Positions 17,846 to 27,276 of a DNA stretch of 64,000 bases are shown here, piece by piece (the stretch's first letter is position 1; each line of letters begins with the position of its first letter). The DNA comes from a virus, in the IMG/VR virus record IMGVR_UViG_3300009151_000041, positions 39,144 through 103,143 of that record; one strand, written 5' to 3'. Both the position numbers and the translations under genes were made by a program. Under the pieces are notes generated by a model. That model saw nothing but the letters and a program-made list of their open reading frames with translations, made no database searches and was not told where the DNA came from.

Positions 17846-18052
17846 TTACCAACTTCCATCATCTACCCAAAAACGCACAGTCAAACATAACCAACTTGCA
17901 CGCCAGGTGCGTTCGTTGGGACTGGGCCAGCCATCATTGTACTCACGGCAAGCCCGCGGCACCAAGCTCCAATGCAGTGGGTTCAGTGAGAAAACCACCG
18001 AAGCACCACTGTATCGAATCCACTTTAGATATCTACTGTGATCAGTTGCCAT
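17846..18052 (-). CDS. Trp-rich hypothetical protein
   Basis: NPLHW...DDGSW. Confidence 0.5.
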   Translation of the reverse strand: MATDHSRYLKWIRYSGASVVFSLNPLHWSLVPRACREYNDGWPSPNERTWRASWLCLTVRFWVDDGSW

Positions 18053-18846
18053 CTGTCTGCTGACTCCTCATAGTTGATATAGCCTCTTGGGTTGCACACC
18101 ACCCGGGTGCTGCCAATCATGTAGTCAAAGTCATGATGTGTGTGCCCGTGTGTCCACAGTCGAATCTGCGGATGGTCAATAATATAGTCATCAAGACTGC
18201 TGGAGTAGCCGCCGTTCATGATAGTGTCATCTGCATAACGCGGATGTGTAGATAATCTGCTGGGCGAATGATGCCCCACAATCACAAACTTTTGATCAAA
18301 CTTGCCTTGGATGATTTCTTGTATATAACCCACAAATCTGCGATGTTCTTCAACTGCATCTTCGGGCAAAAATCTAACATTAGTACCCAATGTGGTGTTG
18401 CGCACACATCGGAAGTCATTCATCATGCTCTTCATGTGATACAGTGTGATGGGATCTTCGTTGTTCATGTCTGTCCACAAGGTGCCACCAATGAATGTGA
18501 CATCATCAATCTGTTTGATTTCATTGTCCAATAGGTAAACATTGCTCAAAAAATTAGATTCCAACATGCTCTTGATAATATTGTAAGTGGTAGCAAAGTC
18601 TCCATGATAGTGTTCATGGTTGCCCAAGATATAAATCACATGCGGAAATTGAAACGAACAGCGTTTGAAAAAATCCACAATTCTATTGCTTCTAGCACTT
18701 TCCAAAATACCGTGCGGGTCTGGACGGCCAATATCAGCCGCAACACAAATGTCACCTGAAAGGATTAACACATCAGCATGGTCGCTGTTGTCAAAATACA
18801 AGTCTCCAAATTCAAGATGCAGATCCGATGCTACGGCTATTTTCAT
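18025..18846 (-). CDS. calcineurin-like metallophosphoesterase
   Basis: SDLHLE, LSGDI, GNHEHY, HH, HGHTH, NPRGY. Confidence 0.88.
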   Translation of the reverse strand: MKIAVASDLHLEFGDLYFDNSDHADVLILSGDICVAADIGRPDPHGILESARSNRIVDFFKRCSFQFPHVIYILGNHEHYHGDFATTYNIIKSMLESNFLSNVYLLDNEIKQIDDVTFIGGTLWTDMNNEDPITLYHMKSMMNDFRCVRNTTLGTNVRFLPEDAVEEHRRFVGYIQEIIQGKFDQKFVIVGHHSPSRLSTHPRYADDTIMNGGYSSSLDDYIIDHPQIRLWTHGHTHHDFDYMIGSTRVVCNPRGYINYEESADRWQLITVDI

Positions 18847-19219
18847 TCAGTTCTTTCAGTTGCTGTTTGAGTGTTTTTACGGCTGACTCATCACCATTGT
18901 AAATTGCGGCGCTTTTGCTAGGATACCTTTGCCGAAACCGTTCGCGTATTTCTTCTAGGTCTCGACCCTGACACACAAACACCATGGTCTGTGCATTGTA
19001 GCACAAAAACTGATCTCCGTCAACCTCTACTGTGAGTGCAATTAGCTTTTCCGCTTCAAGATCCTGGGCAATCTCGCCCAGTTCTTCTGTCAGTCGGGCT
19101 TCAATCCGGGCTTCGATTCGTCGAGCTATCCAAAACACCAACAGGTTGAATGCCATAATGACCAGGGCCGTTACTGTTGAGACTTCGCCCAACCACATTA
19201 AAAATTCAGCAATTTCCAT
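18812..19219 (-). CDS. membrane-anchored hypothetical protein
   Basis: N-terminal TM segment; TAAATA 4 nt upstream of ATG. Confidence 0.6.
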   Translation of the reverse strand: MEIAEFLMWLGEVSTVTALVIMAFNLLVFWIARRIEARIEARLTEELGEIAQDLEAEKLIALTVEVDGDQFLCYNAQTMVFVCQGRDLEEIRERFRQRYPSKSAAIYNGDESAVKTLKQQLKELNENSRSIGSAS

Positions 19220-19232
19220 AATGTATTTACTT

Positions 19233-19547
19233 TCAGCCTCGCATGGATTCCAGGGTGATCATCTTGCCCAACTCACGTTCAAAGTCCATTTCATCAGGAA
19301 CCACATACAAACGGTGACTGTGGCGATCGGTCTTGTGATCATATTGACGGAATGTCACAATCTTACCGCCCATGGCGTTGCGCACTGTGATATTGAGCCC
19401 TTGATCACTATCTACGTCTTCAGATGTTCTCAGCAGTCGAGACACTTTGCTTCCACGCACTGTGTCTGCTGGCATATTGCCATCACGGAGATCGCGATTG
19501 AAATCCCAACCCCACTTCATGATAAAATTCCAAATCAACCTAATCAT
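19233..19547 (-). CDS. hypothetical protein
   Basis: ATGA coupling to cupin gene. Confidence 0.55.
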   Translation of the reverse strand: MIRLIWNFIMKWGWDFNRDLRDGNMPADTVRGSKVSRLLRTSEDVDSDQGLNITVRNAMGGKIVTFRQYDHKTDRHSHRLYVVPDEMDFERELGKMITLESMRG

Positions 19548-19999
19548 ACCCCAGCCTTTCTTGTTGCCAAATATTGTTCCCACTGCACCCATTGATTACG
19601 AACCAAGAAGCCCCAGTCTCTTTGCTTGATACCGGGCATGAACAGAGTCCAACATTCCACATCAGGATCCAGCTCTACCCTGTGATAGGTGTTGGCACTG
19701 GCCCAACGGAATGATCCTGGCTTGCACCAACGAGCAATCTCGCCGATCTTTTCGCCCCGGGAATTGAACTGTGGGCGCCATTCCCAGTAACCACCTTTCA
19801 AGATCACGGTGGCAAACGGCCACGGATGGTCATGCACGTCGTCTGGATCTGACTTTAGAAACTTGTGTACAAACACATTGAATGGGAATCGTTTCCTGTC
19901 CTTGAGAAACACATAATAGCGTTCCAAGTAAGGCTCACCATGCACACGGTCCATGATTATGCGATATCGACCCAAACGCTGGAAGAGTTTTTTAAGCAT
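19544..19999 (-). CDS. cupin-fold protein, leaderless
   Basis: HKFLKSD..HDHPW...GGYWE...YHRVEL; promoter at 20006-20034. Confidence 0.7.
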   Translation of the reverse strand: MLKKLFQRLGRYRIIMDRVHGEPYLERYYVFLKDRKRFPFNVFVHKFLKSDPDDVHDHPWPFATVILKGGYWEWRPQFNSRGEKIGEIARWCKPGSFRWASANTYHRVELDPDVECWTLFMPGIKQRDWGFLVRNQWVQWEQYLATRKAGV

Positions 20000-20100
20000 A
20001 TGATGATTATACAATAAATTTCAATTTCAGTCAAGAAAAAACCCTACTAGATGTAGGGTTTTGTCTGTGTGATCCTTGTGAACGGATCAGCGAGTTTGGT

Positions 20101-20370
20101 TCAAACGAGGCCCATGGCCAAAGCGCGATAGCCAGCAGCCACCAACTTGCGTGAAGGCTTACCAATCACATACTCAGTGACTTGCACGCCATTGCCAGCT
20201 TTACGGCTGTTGGCATAAACTGCAAAGCCAGCTTGACGAACACGAGACACTTCAGCCGAAATGTTCTTGATGCCAAAACGCTTTTCAGCTTGGCTGGCAG
20301 AAATTGCTTCACCGTTACGCAGAGCGTTGAACAGTTTAAAAGTTTTGGTTTCAGGATTAAAACGCATCAT
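20101..20370 (-). CDS. winged helix-turn-helix phage protein
   Basis: GEAISASQAEKRFGIKNISAEVSRVRQAG. Confidence 0.6.
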   Translation of the reverse strand: MMRFNPETKTFKLFNALRNGEAISASQAEKRFGIKNISAEVSRVRQAGFAVYANSRKAGNGVQVTEYVIGKPSRKLVAAGYRALAMGLV

Positions 20371-20584
20371 AATAAAATACCTTTCTTTAATGTAGCTGTG
20401 TTGCACAGCATTCCACTATTGTACGGAGTTTGTGTTAGAAACACAATACAGTTTGGCCCAACATTTGCCAAAATAAAATGTTTTGGCAATCTCTCCAAAA
20501 CACGTAAACTCATTTGAGGGCTGCCGCGTTGTATATGTGTAGCAGGAAAGTTCTTGTTACAGTTTCAAATCAAAGGAGATTACT

Positions 20585-20782
20585 ATGAAACAATTGATCG
20601 CACTCATTGCCGCTGCTTTTGCAGTTACCGCTTTTGCAGCCGAACCTGCCAAGAAAGAAGAAAAGAAAGTAGAAGCCAAGCCTGCTGTCACTGCCCCTGC
20701 TCCTGCAGCCAGTGCTCCTGCCAAGGCCGATCCCAAAAGTGCACCGACTGGCGATAAAAAAGCCGAAGCTGCTAAGAAGTAA
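20585..20782 (+). CDS. secreted Ala/Lys/Pro-rich low-complexity peptide
   Basis: Signal peptide ending AFA; SD AAGGAG. Confidence 0.7.
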   Translation: MKQLIALIAAAFAVTAFAAEPAKKEEKKVEAKPAVTAPAPAASAPAKADPKSAPTGDKKAEAAKK

Positions 20783-21049
20783 TCCCTTAAGGTTCTCGTT
20801 AATTCGACTGCAAGGGGTTGATCCAACTCTAATTGAAGTCGATGACGAGGCCCTCTGTTGTGCTTATCGTAGAGCCAAGATCGTTCATGGTCAACCCGAC
20901 CAAGATGATGAGTTGTCTGACTACGTAAGCACTCGATTACAACTGGCTCGGTACTTTGCCATCAAACGATACCAAGAAGTTTGGGGGTAATTCCCCAAAC
21001 TTTTTTTGCCTTCATAAATACCTGTGCAAGGATAATAACAGCGTACATT

Positions 21050-21481
21050 ATGTTGCATACCATAACAACCATTACCGAAGAAATTGTAAAACTGCTCAAG
21101 GACGATCCTGTTCGCCCTGAGATTCCTGTGAGTGACCGTATCAACAGCAACAGCAGAATCTACATGCTCAAAGATGGAGACAAAACGCAGGCTATTACCT
21201 GTGTGAAGTTTTTGGATGTAATTCCTGCCGCAGTAGAGGACATGGCCGGCTTGGTTGAGAGCGCCACAACTGCGGTATTTTACACCATTTGGTCGTACAC
21301 CGCTGGCTCAGGACGTGACTTGATCATAGCGGCCCAAAAGTCAATTGAGTCAGAGTTTCCGGGTATCCAAACCTATGTGACACTGAGTCCCAAGACCGAA
21401 ATGGCTCGACGCTTTCACTTGAAGAACGGTGCCAGAGAATTGCGCGAAAATCCCGATACCATCAACTACATCTACAAGTGA
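21050..21481 (+). CDS. GNAT-fold protein resembling the malonyl-CoA decarboxylase catalytic domain
   Basis: TAVFYTIWS, GSGRDLI, EFPGIQTYVTLSP. Confidence 0.5.
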   Translation: MLHTITTITEEIVKLLKDDPVRPEIPVSDRINSNSRIYMLKDGDKTQAITCVKFLDVIPAAVEDMAGLVESATTAVFYTIWSYTAGSGRDLIIAAQKSIESEFPGIQTYVTLSPKTEMARRFHLKNGARELRENPDTINYIYK

Positions 21482-22155
21482 TACCAAATCAAAGCATTCA
21501 AGTAACAGATTACTTAACTTGGGAATCTTGCGATGACCCAAGATTCACTCATCTACCAGTTGACGCGCCTACACCCAGCAGGAATCATCTACCCAAATGG
21601 GTCAAAGAGTTGAGTGGGAACATAAGAGAATATCTTCCAGATGGATTTGCACAAGATCACACCATAAGACACTGCTTGGGATTCCGTGGACTTATGGACA
21701 TTGGATATACCATGCCTTTGCCCGAAGTGGTTGGCGGTGGTGATAGTGAATTTGCCCGGGGAAGATTACATCCAGAAATGATCCACGGAACTCCCTGGGC
21801 ACAGACTTGGCCCACATGGGCACCATCAGATCATTGGGTAGATCCGGCCCACAATGCACCAGATAGCAGTCCTTATCGGTACAGGCTGAAACTATTACAT
21901 TGGGGGTGGCGTGCCAAAATGGCACCAGGATGGCGATTGCTCACGCTGCCCACGTTGTGGGATTGGAGTGAAGATTTCAATACATTTTCTGGTGCACAGT
22001 CTGCCAATTTAGAAAGCAGTGCTTGCATTTACAGCATTCCAATTGATCCTGCCTACTGTTATTACAACATAGAAACTGTGATGGCCATTCGCAGAGATAG
22101 AATGATACCCAAGGGCGCCATCACTTTTTGTGTGGTACCAATTTACCAGCCATAA
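21478..22155 (+). CDS. hypothetical protein
   Basis: TIRHCLGF...GYTMPLP...IPKGAI; GTGA overlap with upstream gene. Confidence 0.55.
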   Translation: MIPNQSIQVTDYLTWESCDDPRFTHLPVDAPTPSRNHLPKWVKELSGNIREYLPDGFAQDHTIRHCLGFRGLMDIGYTMPLPEVVGGGDSEFARGRLHPEMIHGTPWAQTWPTWAPSDHWVDPAHNAPDSSPYRYRLKLLHWGWRAKMAPGWRLLTLPTLWDWSEDFNTFSGAQSANLESSACIYSIPIDPAYCYYNIETVMAIRRDRMIPKGAITFCVVPIYQP

Positions 22156-22232
22156 GTAATCATGCTCGTGTAGCAATCCGGTCCTGCAAGGGGCGGGACC
22201 GGATAACACACATCACACACAAGGAGAATAAC

Positions 22233-22460
22233 ATGAGCAAAACACCTTACGAGATCCGTCTTGAACTTCTTACCTTGGCCAAGGAAATCCTCCAGGCGCC
22301 AATTTACGAAAAACGCAGTGAACTGACCAATGAATATCATTCCAAGTTGACCGACGCTAATCGTGGAAGCCTTTCGTTCCCAACCATGCCAGACTTTCCG
22401 TCCACAACGGATATTATCAACAAGGCAGAAGAACTCAAGAAGTTTGTAGACCAAGCATAA
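22233..22460 (+). CDS. conserved phage protein (KTPYEIRLELL motif)
   Basis: SD AAGGAG; strong leader hairpin at 22176-22204. Confidence 0.7.
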   Translation: MSKTPYEIRLELLTLAKEILQAPIYEKRSELTNEYHSKLTDANRGSLSFPTMPDFPSTTDIINKAEELKKFVDQA

Positions 22461-22486
22461 AAAAAGCCCCGCAAGGGGCTTTTTAG
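22460..22486. terminator. bidirectional intrinsic terminator
   Basis: AAAAAGCCCC-GCAA-GGGGCTTTTT between convergent genes. Confidence 0.85.
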
Positions 22487-22502
22487 TTTGCGCTATCGGA
22501 GT

Positions 22503-22733
22503 TTACTTCTTGTTGAAGGACCAATAGATCACTGCCAATGCCACCAAACCAACCAAACCTTGAGAGCCAAGGGCACCCACGAATTTGATAAGACTTGCGG
22601 TCACATCGATTGCCAAGAACGGAACTGCGGCACCAAAAAGGATTTGCAGAATGACGCCAGCGGCAATCAACTTGATGCCGATATCAATAATACCGACCAA
22701 TAGGCCATTGGCCTTAGATAACACATTGTCCAT
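22503..22733 (-). CDS. small membrane protein
   Basis: Two TM segments; SD AAGGAG. Confidence 0.65.
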   Translation of the reverse strand: MDNVLSKANGLLVGIIDIGIKLIAAGVILQILFGAAVPFLAIDVTASLIKFVGALGSQGLVGLVALAVIYWSFNKK

Positions 22734-22837
22734 AAAATAGACTCCTTAAAAAAACAAGCCTAGGGCCTGCGGACAAATATTTAAGGAAGCAAAAGGAAAC
22801 CCGCATATTTCAGCGGGCTTTTTGGGTGGTTTGGCCA

Positions 22838-23188
22838 TTAACTGCGCAGTTCTTTCACATGCTTGCAGTCCCCACGGAATCGAAATCCTGAGCAGGTGCA
22901 AGACCAATCACCACGCACCTCATTCACTTGGTAGGTGTCGCCCTTGCTACCTTTCACCGTCCATGTACGGCCTTCGGGTTCGGGTGCAGACACTTGGGTT
23001 TTAAACTGCACAGGATTCACCACAAACTTGCGCCCACGCATGTCCATGCGGATGGGATTTCGAAACACCTTGATGGCTTCTGTGCCCCGGGCTCGGAAAG
23101 CATACATCTTGCTCTTGCCATCATCCAGCAGGTAGATGCCGTTGGGTACAGAGTCTTTCCAATCGGTTGTTTCAGCAAACCATTTCAT
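22838..23188 (-). CDS. SWIM zinc-finger protein
   Basis: VKGSKGDTY...WSCTCSGFRFRGDCKH. Confidence 0.75.
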   Translation of the reverse strand: MKWFAETTDWKDSVPNGIYLLDDGKSKMYAFRARGTEAIKVFRNPIRMDMRGRKFVVNPVQFKTQVSAPEPEGRTWTVKGSKGDTYQVNEVRGDWSCTCSGFRFRGDCKHVKELRS

Positions 23189-23496
23189 TCTTCTTCCAAT
23201 CCAAAATGACTCAAAATCTGATTGCGAACTTCGTAGTTGCCGTCAGCATATTGCTCACCAATGTCGGCACATTTCTGCACAATCAACTCGGCGAACTTTT
23301 CTACACTCTCAAGTATTTTTAACCCACCACGACCGTCATCCGATCCATTCCAATGTTGAGATTCTTCCCATAGTTGTTTAATTCGTTCGTTCATTCGGGG
23401 TTTGAGTTTGGGGGCATATGGTCCCCGACTACACACATGAGCCACATCAAAGTCTGGGTAGGTATCCGCACAATGCGGGCAGGTGATTTGTTTCAT
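23185..23496 (-). CDS. hypothetical protein
   Basis: CPHC..HVC N-terminus; MNERIKQL...EKFAELIV domain. Confidence 0.55.
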   Translation of the reverse strand: MKQITCPHCADTYPDFDVAHVCSRGPYAPKLKPRMNERIKQLWEESQHWNGSDDGRGGLKILESVEKFAELIVQKCADIGEQYADGNYEVRNQILSHFGLEEE

Positions 23497-23609
23497 TTTG
23501 CCATGATCCTTGCTAAAACTTCACGGGCCTGGGAGAGGTCTCGGATGGGGAACTCCATGGGTTCCCAGGCAGTGTAGGGCTGTGTCCAGCGGATGGTGTA
23601 GAGTGTCAT
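23493..23609 (-). CDS. 38-aa hypothetical protein
   Basis: Not in ORF track: MTLYTIRWTQPYTAWEPMEFPIRDLSQAREVLARIMAK; ATGA coupling. Confidence 0.45.
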   Translation of the reverse strand: MTLYTIRWTQPYTAWEPMEFPIRDLSQAREVLARIMAK

Positions 23610-23612
23610 GGT

Positions 23613-23756
23613 TTAGATTCCGGTATGAAACGGGTTGCGTTTGCGAAGATGAGCCAGTGCGGCCTCTTTGGTTTCAAACCTGCCACTGATGGGTGTTTGG
23701 TGTGCGCCGCGCACAATGAACCAACCTCCAAGTATACCATTGTAAACAACTTTCAT
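23613..23756 (-). CDS. 47-aa hypothetical protein
   Basis: Not in ORF track: MKVVYNGILGGWFIVRGAHQTPISGRFETKEAALAHLRKRNPFHTGI. Confidence 0.5.
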   Translation of the reverse strand: MKVVYNGILGGWFIVRGAHQTPISGRFETKEAALAHLRKRNPFHTGI

Positions 23757-23757
23757 A

Positions 23758-24033
23758 TCACATGCTCCAGTAGGATTCTGACGAGGGCGAGCAGAAGTAA
23801 GGCGTGTTCACATCTTCCATGAACTTCTTGCCAGTCATGATGTTGGTGCGTTCTACCATAGGGGCTTGGTAGTGCTTGGTGTCCACAATGGTCAAGTCAT
23901 TCACTGACCAACCTGCCTTGCGGCAAAGACGGGTGCGGGTGGCACGAGCGGCACCAAAAGTTTTGTATGCACGGGTTCGGTGGGGACCGTCTGTAACGAT
24001 GAGTCCGGTACCTTTTGCGACTATGTAAAACAT
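23758..24033 (-). CDS. early hypothetical protein (NTPYFCSPSSESYWSM motif)
   Basis: Promoter at 24064-24092 and SD. Confidence 0.65.
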   Translation of the reverse strand: MFYIVAKGTGLIVTDGPHRTRAYKTFGAARATRTRLCRKAGWSVNDLTIVDTKHYQAPMVERTNIMTGKKFMEDVNTPYFCSPSSESYWSM

Positions 24034-24063
24034 TCTGGCTCCTTTGTTGCTGTCTATGTGTGT

Positions 24064-24118
24064 ATTATAGCAGTTTGGGAATTATTGGTCAACCGAAAAA
24101 ACTAGTACTAAAGTATTA
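24064..24118 (-). promoter_or_regulatory. early promoter with palindrome
   Basis: TTGACC-17-TATAAT; TAGTACT-AA-AGTATTA at 24103-24118. Confidence 0.8.
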
Positions 24119-24514
24119 GTCTATAGCCCTGCGAAACACAATTTCCTGCTGGGCAAAGGCCTGAAGTTCCCAGGGCTGTTGCAGGTATGGTGTTTTCTTT
24201 GAGTAGAATCGGCCCTGCCAAGTGCGGCCTCGGGGCGTGATTTTTAGCACACCCCGGGCCAACTGCCGTACATGCACCAGTTCGTGGGCCAGGGTAGAAC
24301 CCAGTGTATGCAGGTTCCGTGAGGGTTTAATCACCACAAGATAAGTGTCAATGCCCGGCATGGGCACAGTGGTTCCCATGTCCTTGAGCTCCGGGTCCAT
24401 CTTAACCATTAACAATTTTTTACTGTTAGTAAGTCCCAACTGACTTAACATGCTGGGCAAGATACTTTCAATAAACTTTTTGGTCTTGGGACCTGCTTCG
24501 ACATAAAATTCCAT
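24116..24514 (-). CDS. HEXXH zinc metallopeptidase-like protein
   Basis: TLAHELVHVRQ...PWELQA; promoter at 24540-24568. Confidence 0.7.
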   Translation of the reverse strand: MEFYVEAGPKTKKFIESILPSMLSQLGLTNSKKLLMVKMDPELKDMGTTVPMPGIDTYLVVIKPSRNLHTLGSTLAHELVHVRQLARGVLKITPRGRTWQGRFYSKKTPYLQQPWELQAFAQQEIVFRRAID

Positions 24515-24568
24515 AGGTGCCTTTGCGTTGTAAGTGCTGATTGTAGCAGATTAAGATTTATTGGTCAA

Positions 24569-24796
24569 TTACAACCAAAGTTTTACCACCAAGCCGGTGG
24601 TGTAAATCACTAATACTATGGCATTAACTGCTATCAAACTGGCTTCACGCCACATGATGCTGACTACAAGCCACAGCACCGTTCCAATGTTTAGCAAGAT
24701 TGGACCCAAAGGATAGATGTTGAGTGACGTACAAAGTGCCCCTGCACAGATTACTGTGGTGGCAGCCCACTTGATGTACCAATCTAATTTCTTCAT
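24569..24796 (-). CDS. small three-TM membrane protein, leaderless
   Basis: Hydrophobic; promoter at 24803-24831, 6 nt from ATG. Confidence 0.65.
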   Translation of the reverse strand: MKKLDWYIKWAATTVICAGALCTSLNIYPLGPILLNIGTVLWLVVSIMWREASLIAVNAIVLVIYTTGLVVKLWL

Positions 24797-24894
24797 AGAC
24801 TAATTATAACAGTTTGGGAATTATTGGTCAACCAACCATTATCTATTAGTAGAAACCATTAGCACTAGTGGTAAATACTGAGAAGGAGAAAACC

Positions 24895-25062
24895 ATGTCC
24901 GAACTAATGACAAAATTATTAGAACGCCTGGCCGAGATGTTTCCCGATTTGGGATACCAGTCCAAACTGGAAGCATATATTGCCAGCAGACGTCCAATGG
25001 ACGTATTTGATGTTGAACGATTCCAAAGAGAGTTCAGTCAAGAATTCAAAGGATTTTTATGA
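24895..25062 (+). CDS. small protein, possibly DUF3563-like
   Basis: LEAYIASRRPMDVFDVERFQREF; SD AAGGAG; TAAATA upstream. Confidence 0.5.
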   Translation: MSELMTKLLERLAEMFPDLGYQSKLEAYIASRRPMDVFDVERFQREFSQEFKGFL

Positions 25063-25156
25063 TTGCTAAATTTTTTAATAGAGTATTTGAAATGCTGGTA
25101 GCGTGGGGCGACACTATTCATTCTTACAGAATGAGCAGAGCCAGCCGCACTTGGTA

Positions 25157-25405
25157 CTATTGAGGTGTTAACAACCATCCTTGGCCCGACACTCGGTGAT
25201 ACCACCGATAAAATGGTTCAGGTATGGTTAGTTTTCCGTCAACTGCTAGATACTGGTATTTGGGAAGTATTTCCTCACCATCCACAGTAACAGTATTGTT
25301 GGCGTTAAATTCCAATGGCATAGCCCAGCCAACTGAATAAGTTGTATTGTTTATTGAAACTGCTAGATGCAGTTCAGTAGCCAGCAGATCTGAAAAGTTC
25401 TTCAT
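25157..25405 (-). CDS. hypothetical protein
   Basis: PFYRWYHRVSGQGWLLTP. Confidence 0.5.
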   Translation of the reverse strand: MKNFSDLLATELHLAVSINNTTYSVGWAMPLEFNANNTVTVDGEEILPKYQYLAVDGKLTIPEPFYRWYHRVSGQGWLLTPQ

Positions 25406-26645
25406 ATTCAGGTAGGTGAGTCAAAATTGAGTTGCCACGGCTGGTTTCGAGCTGTTTCAAAAACACCATCAATTCAGGTAGCCGATCACTTTCGTCTGGC
25501 ATATTTTCCAAATAGTTCACATAGCTTTGCAGGTCTTGATGATTTTGTAGCTGTAAAACATTAGGATCTCGAATGTTAATAACAGTATCTCCTGATACTG
25601 GATGTTGGTCTAGCCAGGTGCGCATGCGAGAAATAATTGCTGATCGATAACTTAACGGCAACACAGATGGACGCATGACTGCTGGCTCAGCTAAAAAATT
25701 ACAACTCTCTACACAGATTCCACGATTCCAAGCATAGTCATAGATTGACAACAAACTGCCTACAGTGAACAAGGTGGGAGTGGTTCTTAACTGCAATAAC
25801 CACCCCTGTTGACCAGCTAATTCTTGCCAACGATCAAGATTCTCTAACACCACAGGCAACTTACTGGGCCAACGCACATAGTCATTAACAATTTCAAATG
25901 ATTCCACACTCATACCAAGATTTACGCCGTGGAACTGTTTCAACAAGTCTACTACACCAGTATCCCACACAGTTAGGTTGGTAGTAAATCCAATGGTGGC
26001 TGTGCGATTCAAGCCGGCTTGGATTAGAGCTCGAAGTATGGTTTTGAATGCAGGAGTGATTACAGTTTCACCACCAATGAAATGCAGATATTGAATGTGT
26101 AAACTTTGTGTTAAGGTATCTACAAACCGATCAATCAGGACAGGATCATCAGTCCAGTTGGCGGGCGGTAAATCCTGAGTGAATCCTATGCGTTGCCATT
26201 CTGCAGCCAATCTTGAACTGCTGTGCGGATCACAAAACACACAAGCAGAATTGCAGTAGTTGCCAAGATCAATTTGCCAGTCCTGTGGCAGTTGATCAAA
26301 GTGATCTGCCACAAAGGTGTCCCGCCAAGGTGAACTAACCAAAGTCTTTTCAAACTGTTCAAGCCGAACACCCACCTTGAGCAGTTGTTTTTGACGCCCA
26401 CTGACCTTGAGATTCTGCTCCATCACAGCACATTCACCACATCCTGCAGGCTGTTCCCCGGCCAATAACTGTTGGCGTATGGGTGTCATGTGCTGTTGAA
26501 AAAACTCCTGCGGTGATACTGATTGAATATGTGCTGTTTGAGTGCGTTGGCTCTTGTCAGCCCAGCGGCAGTATTCATAGTGCCCGGCATTGTTGATTCG
26601 CATGTGGAACCAAGGGCTGGAACAGAAGTTTTGTTTAAGTGTCAC
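25374..26645 (-). CDS. radical SAM protein with N-terminal twitch/SPASM-like domain
   Basis: FCSSPW..YC...CGEC; CNSACVFC; FIGGET. Confidence 0.85.
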   Translation of the reverse strand: MTLKQNFCSSPWFHMRINNAGHYEYCRWADKSQRTQTAHIQSVSPQEFFQQHMTPIRQQLLAGEQPAGCGECAVMEQNLKVSGRQKQLLKVGVRLEQFEKTLVSSPWRDTFVADHFDQLPQDWQIDLGNYCNSACVFCDPHSSSRLAAEWQRIGFTQDLPPANWTDDPVLIDRFVDTLTQSLHIQYLHFIGGETVITPAFKTILRALIQAGLNRTATIGFTTNLTVWDTGVVDLLKQFHGVNLGMSVESFEIVNDYVRWPSKLPVVLENLDRWQELAGQQGWLLQLRTTPTLFTVGSLLSIYDYAWNRGICVESCNFLAEPAVMRPSVLPLSYRSAIISRMRTWLDQHPVSGDTVINIRDPNVLQLQNHQDLQSYVNYLENMPDESDRLPELMVFLKQLETSRGNSILTHLPEYEELFRSAGY

Positions 26646-27225
26646 GAGTGGTTAGAATTTTGTCAGCAAGACCATATTCAACTGCTTCACCGGCAGTCAT
26701 GAAAAAGTCTCGTTCCATGTCTGCTCGCAGTTGCGTGTGGGTCTTGCCAGTGTGTTTTACATATATATCTGTCAACACCGTTTTCCAACGCAATAGTTCC
26801 TTTGCTTGAATTTCTACATCTGTTGCCTGACCTGATGCACCGCCCAAGGGCTGATGAATCATGTGTCGAGCATTGGGCAGAATGTAGCGTTGTCCTTTGG
26901 CACCTGCTGTGGCCAACAGCGAGCCCATGCTGGCAGCCTGTCCCATCACAATGGTGTGGATTGCAGGCTTGATAAAGTTCATGGTATCATAGATAGCCAT
27001 GCCTGCTGTGACACTTCCGCCTGGTGAATTGATGTACAAGCTGATGGCTTTTTCAGGATTGTCACTTTCCAAAAACAACAACTGCGCACAGATTAAACTG
27101 GCACTATGTTGTGAAACTTCGCCATCCAACATGATCACACGATCTTTTAATAAACGGCTGTAAAGGTCGTAACTGCGTTCGCCTCGGGAAGTGTGTTCAA
27201 TAACAATGGGCACTAGATTTGACAT
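26635..27225 (-). CDS. clpP: ATP-dependent Clp protease proteolytic subunit
   Basis: [37 protein letters not shown]. Confidence 0.95.
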   Translation of the reverse strand: MSNLVPIVIEHTSRGERSYDLYSRLLKDRVIMLDGEVSQHSASLICAQLLFLESDNPEKAISLYINSPGGSVTAGMAIYDTMNFIKPAIHTIVMGQAASMGSLLATAGAKGQRYILPNARHMIHQPLGGASGQATDVEIQAKELLRWKTVLTDIYVKHTGKTHTQLRADMERDFFMTAGEAVEYGLADKILTTRDT

Positions 27226-27276
27226 TGGGTCTCCTGGTTGATTGCATAAGTATAGCATATTCTTACGGAAAAAGCA

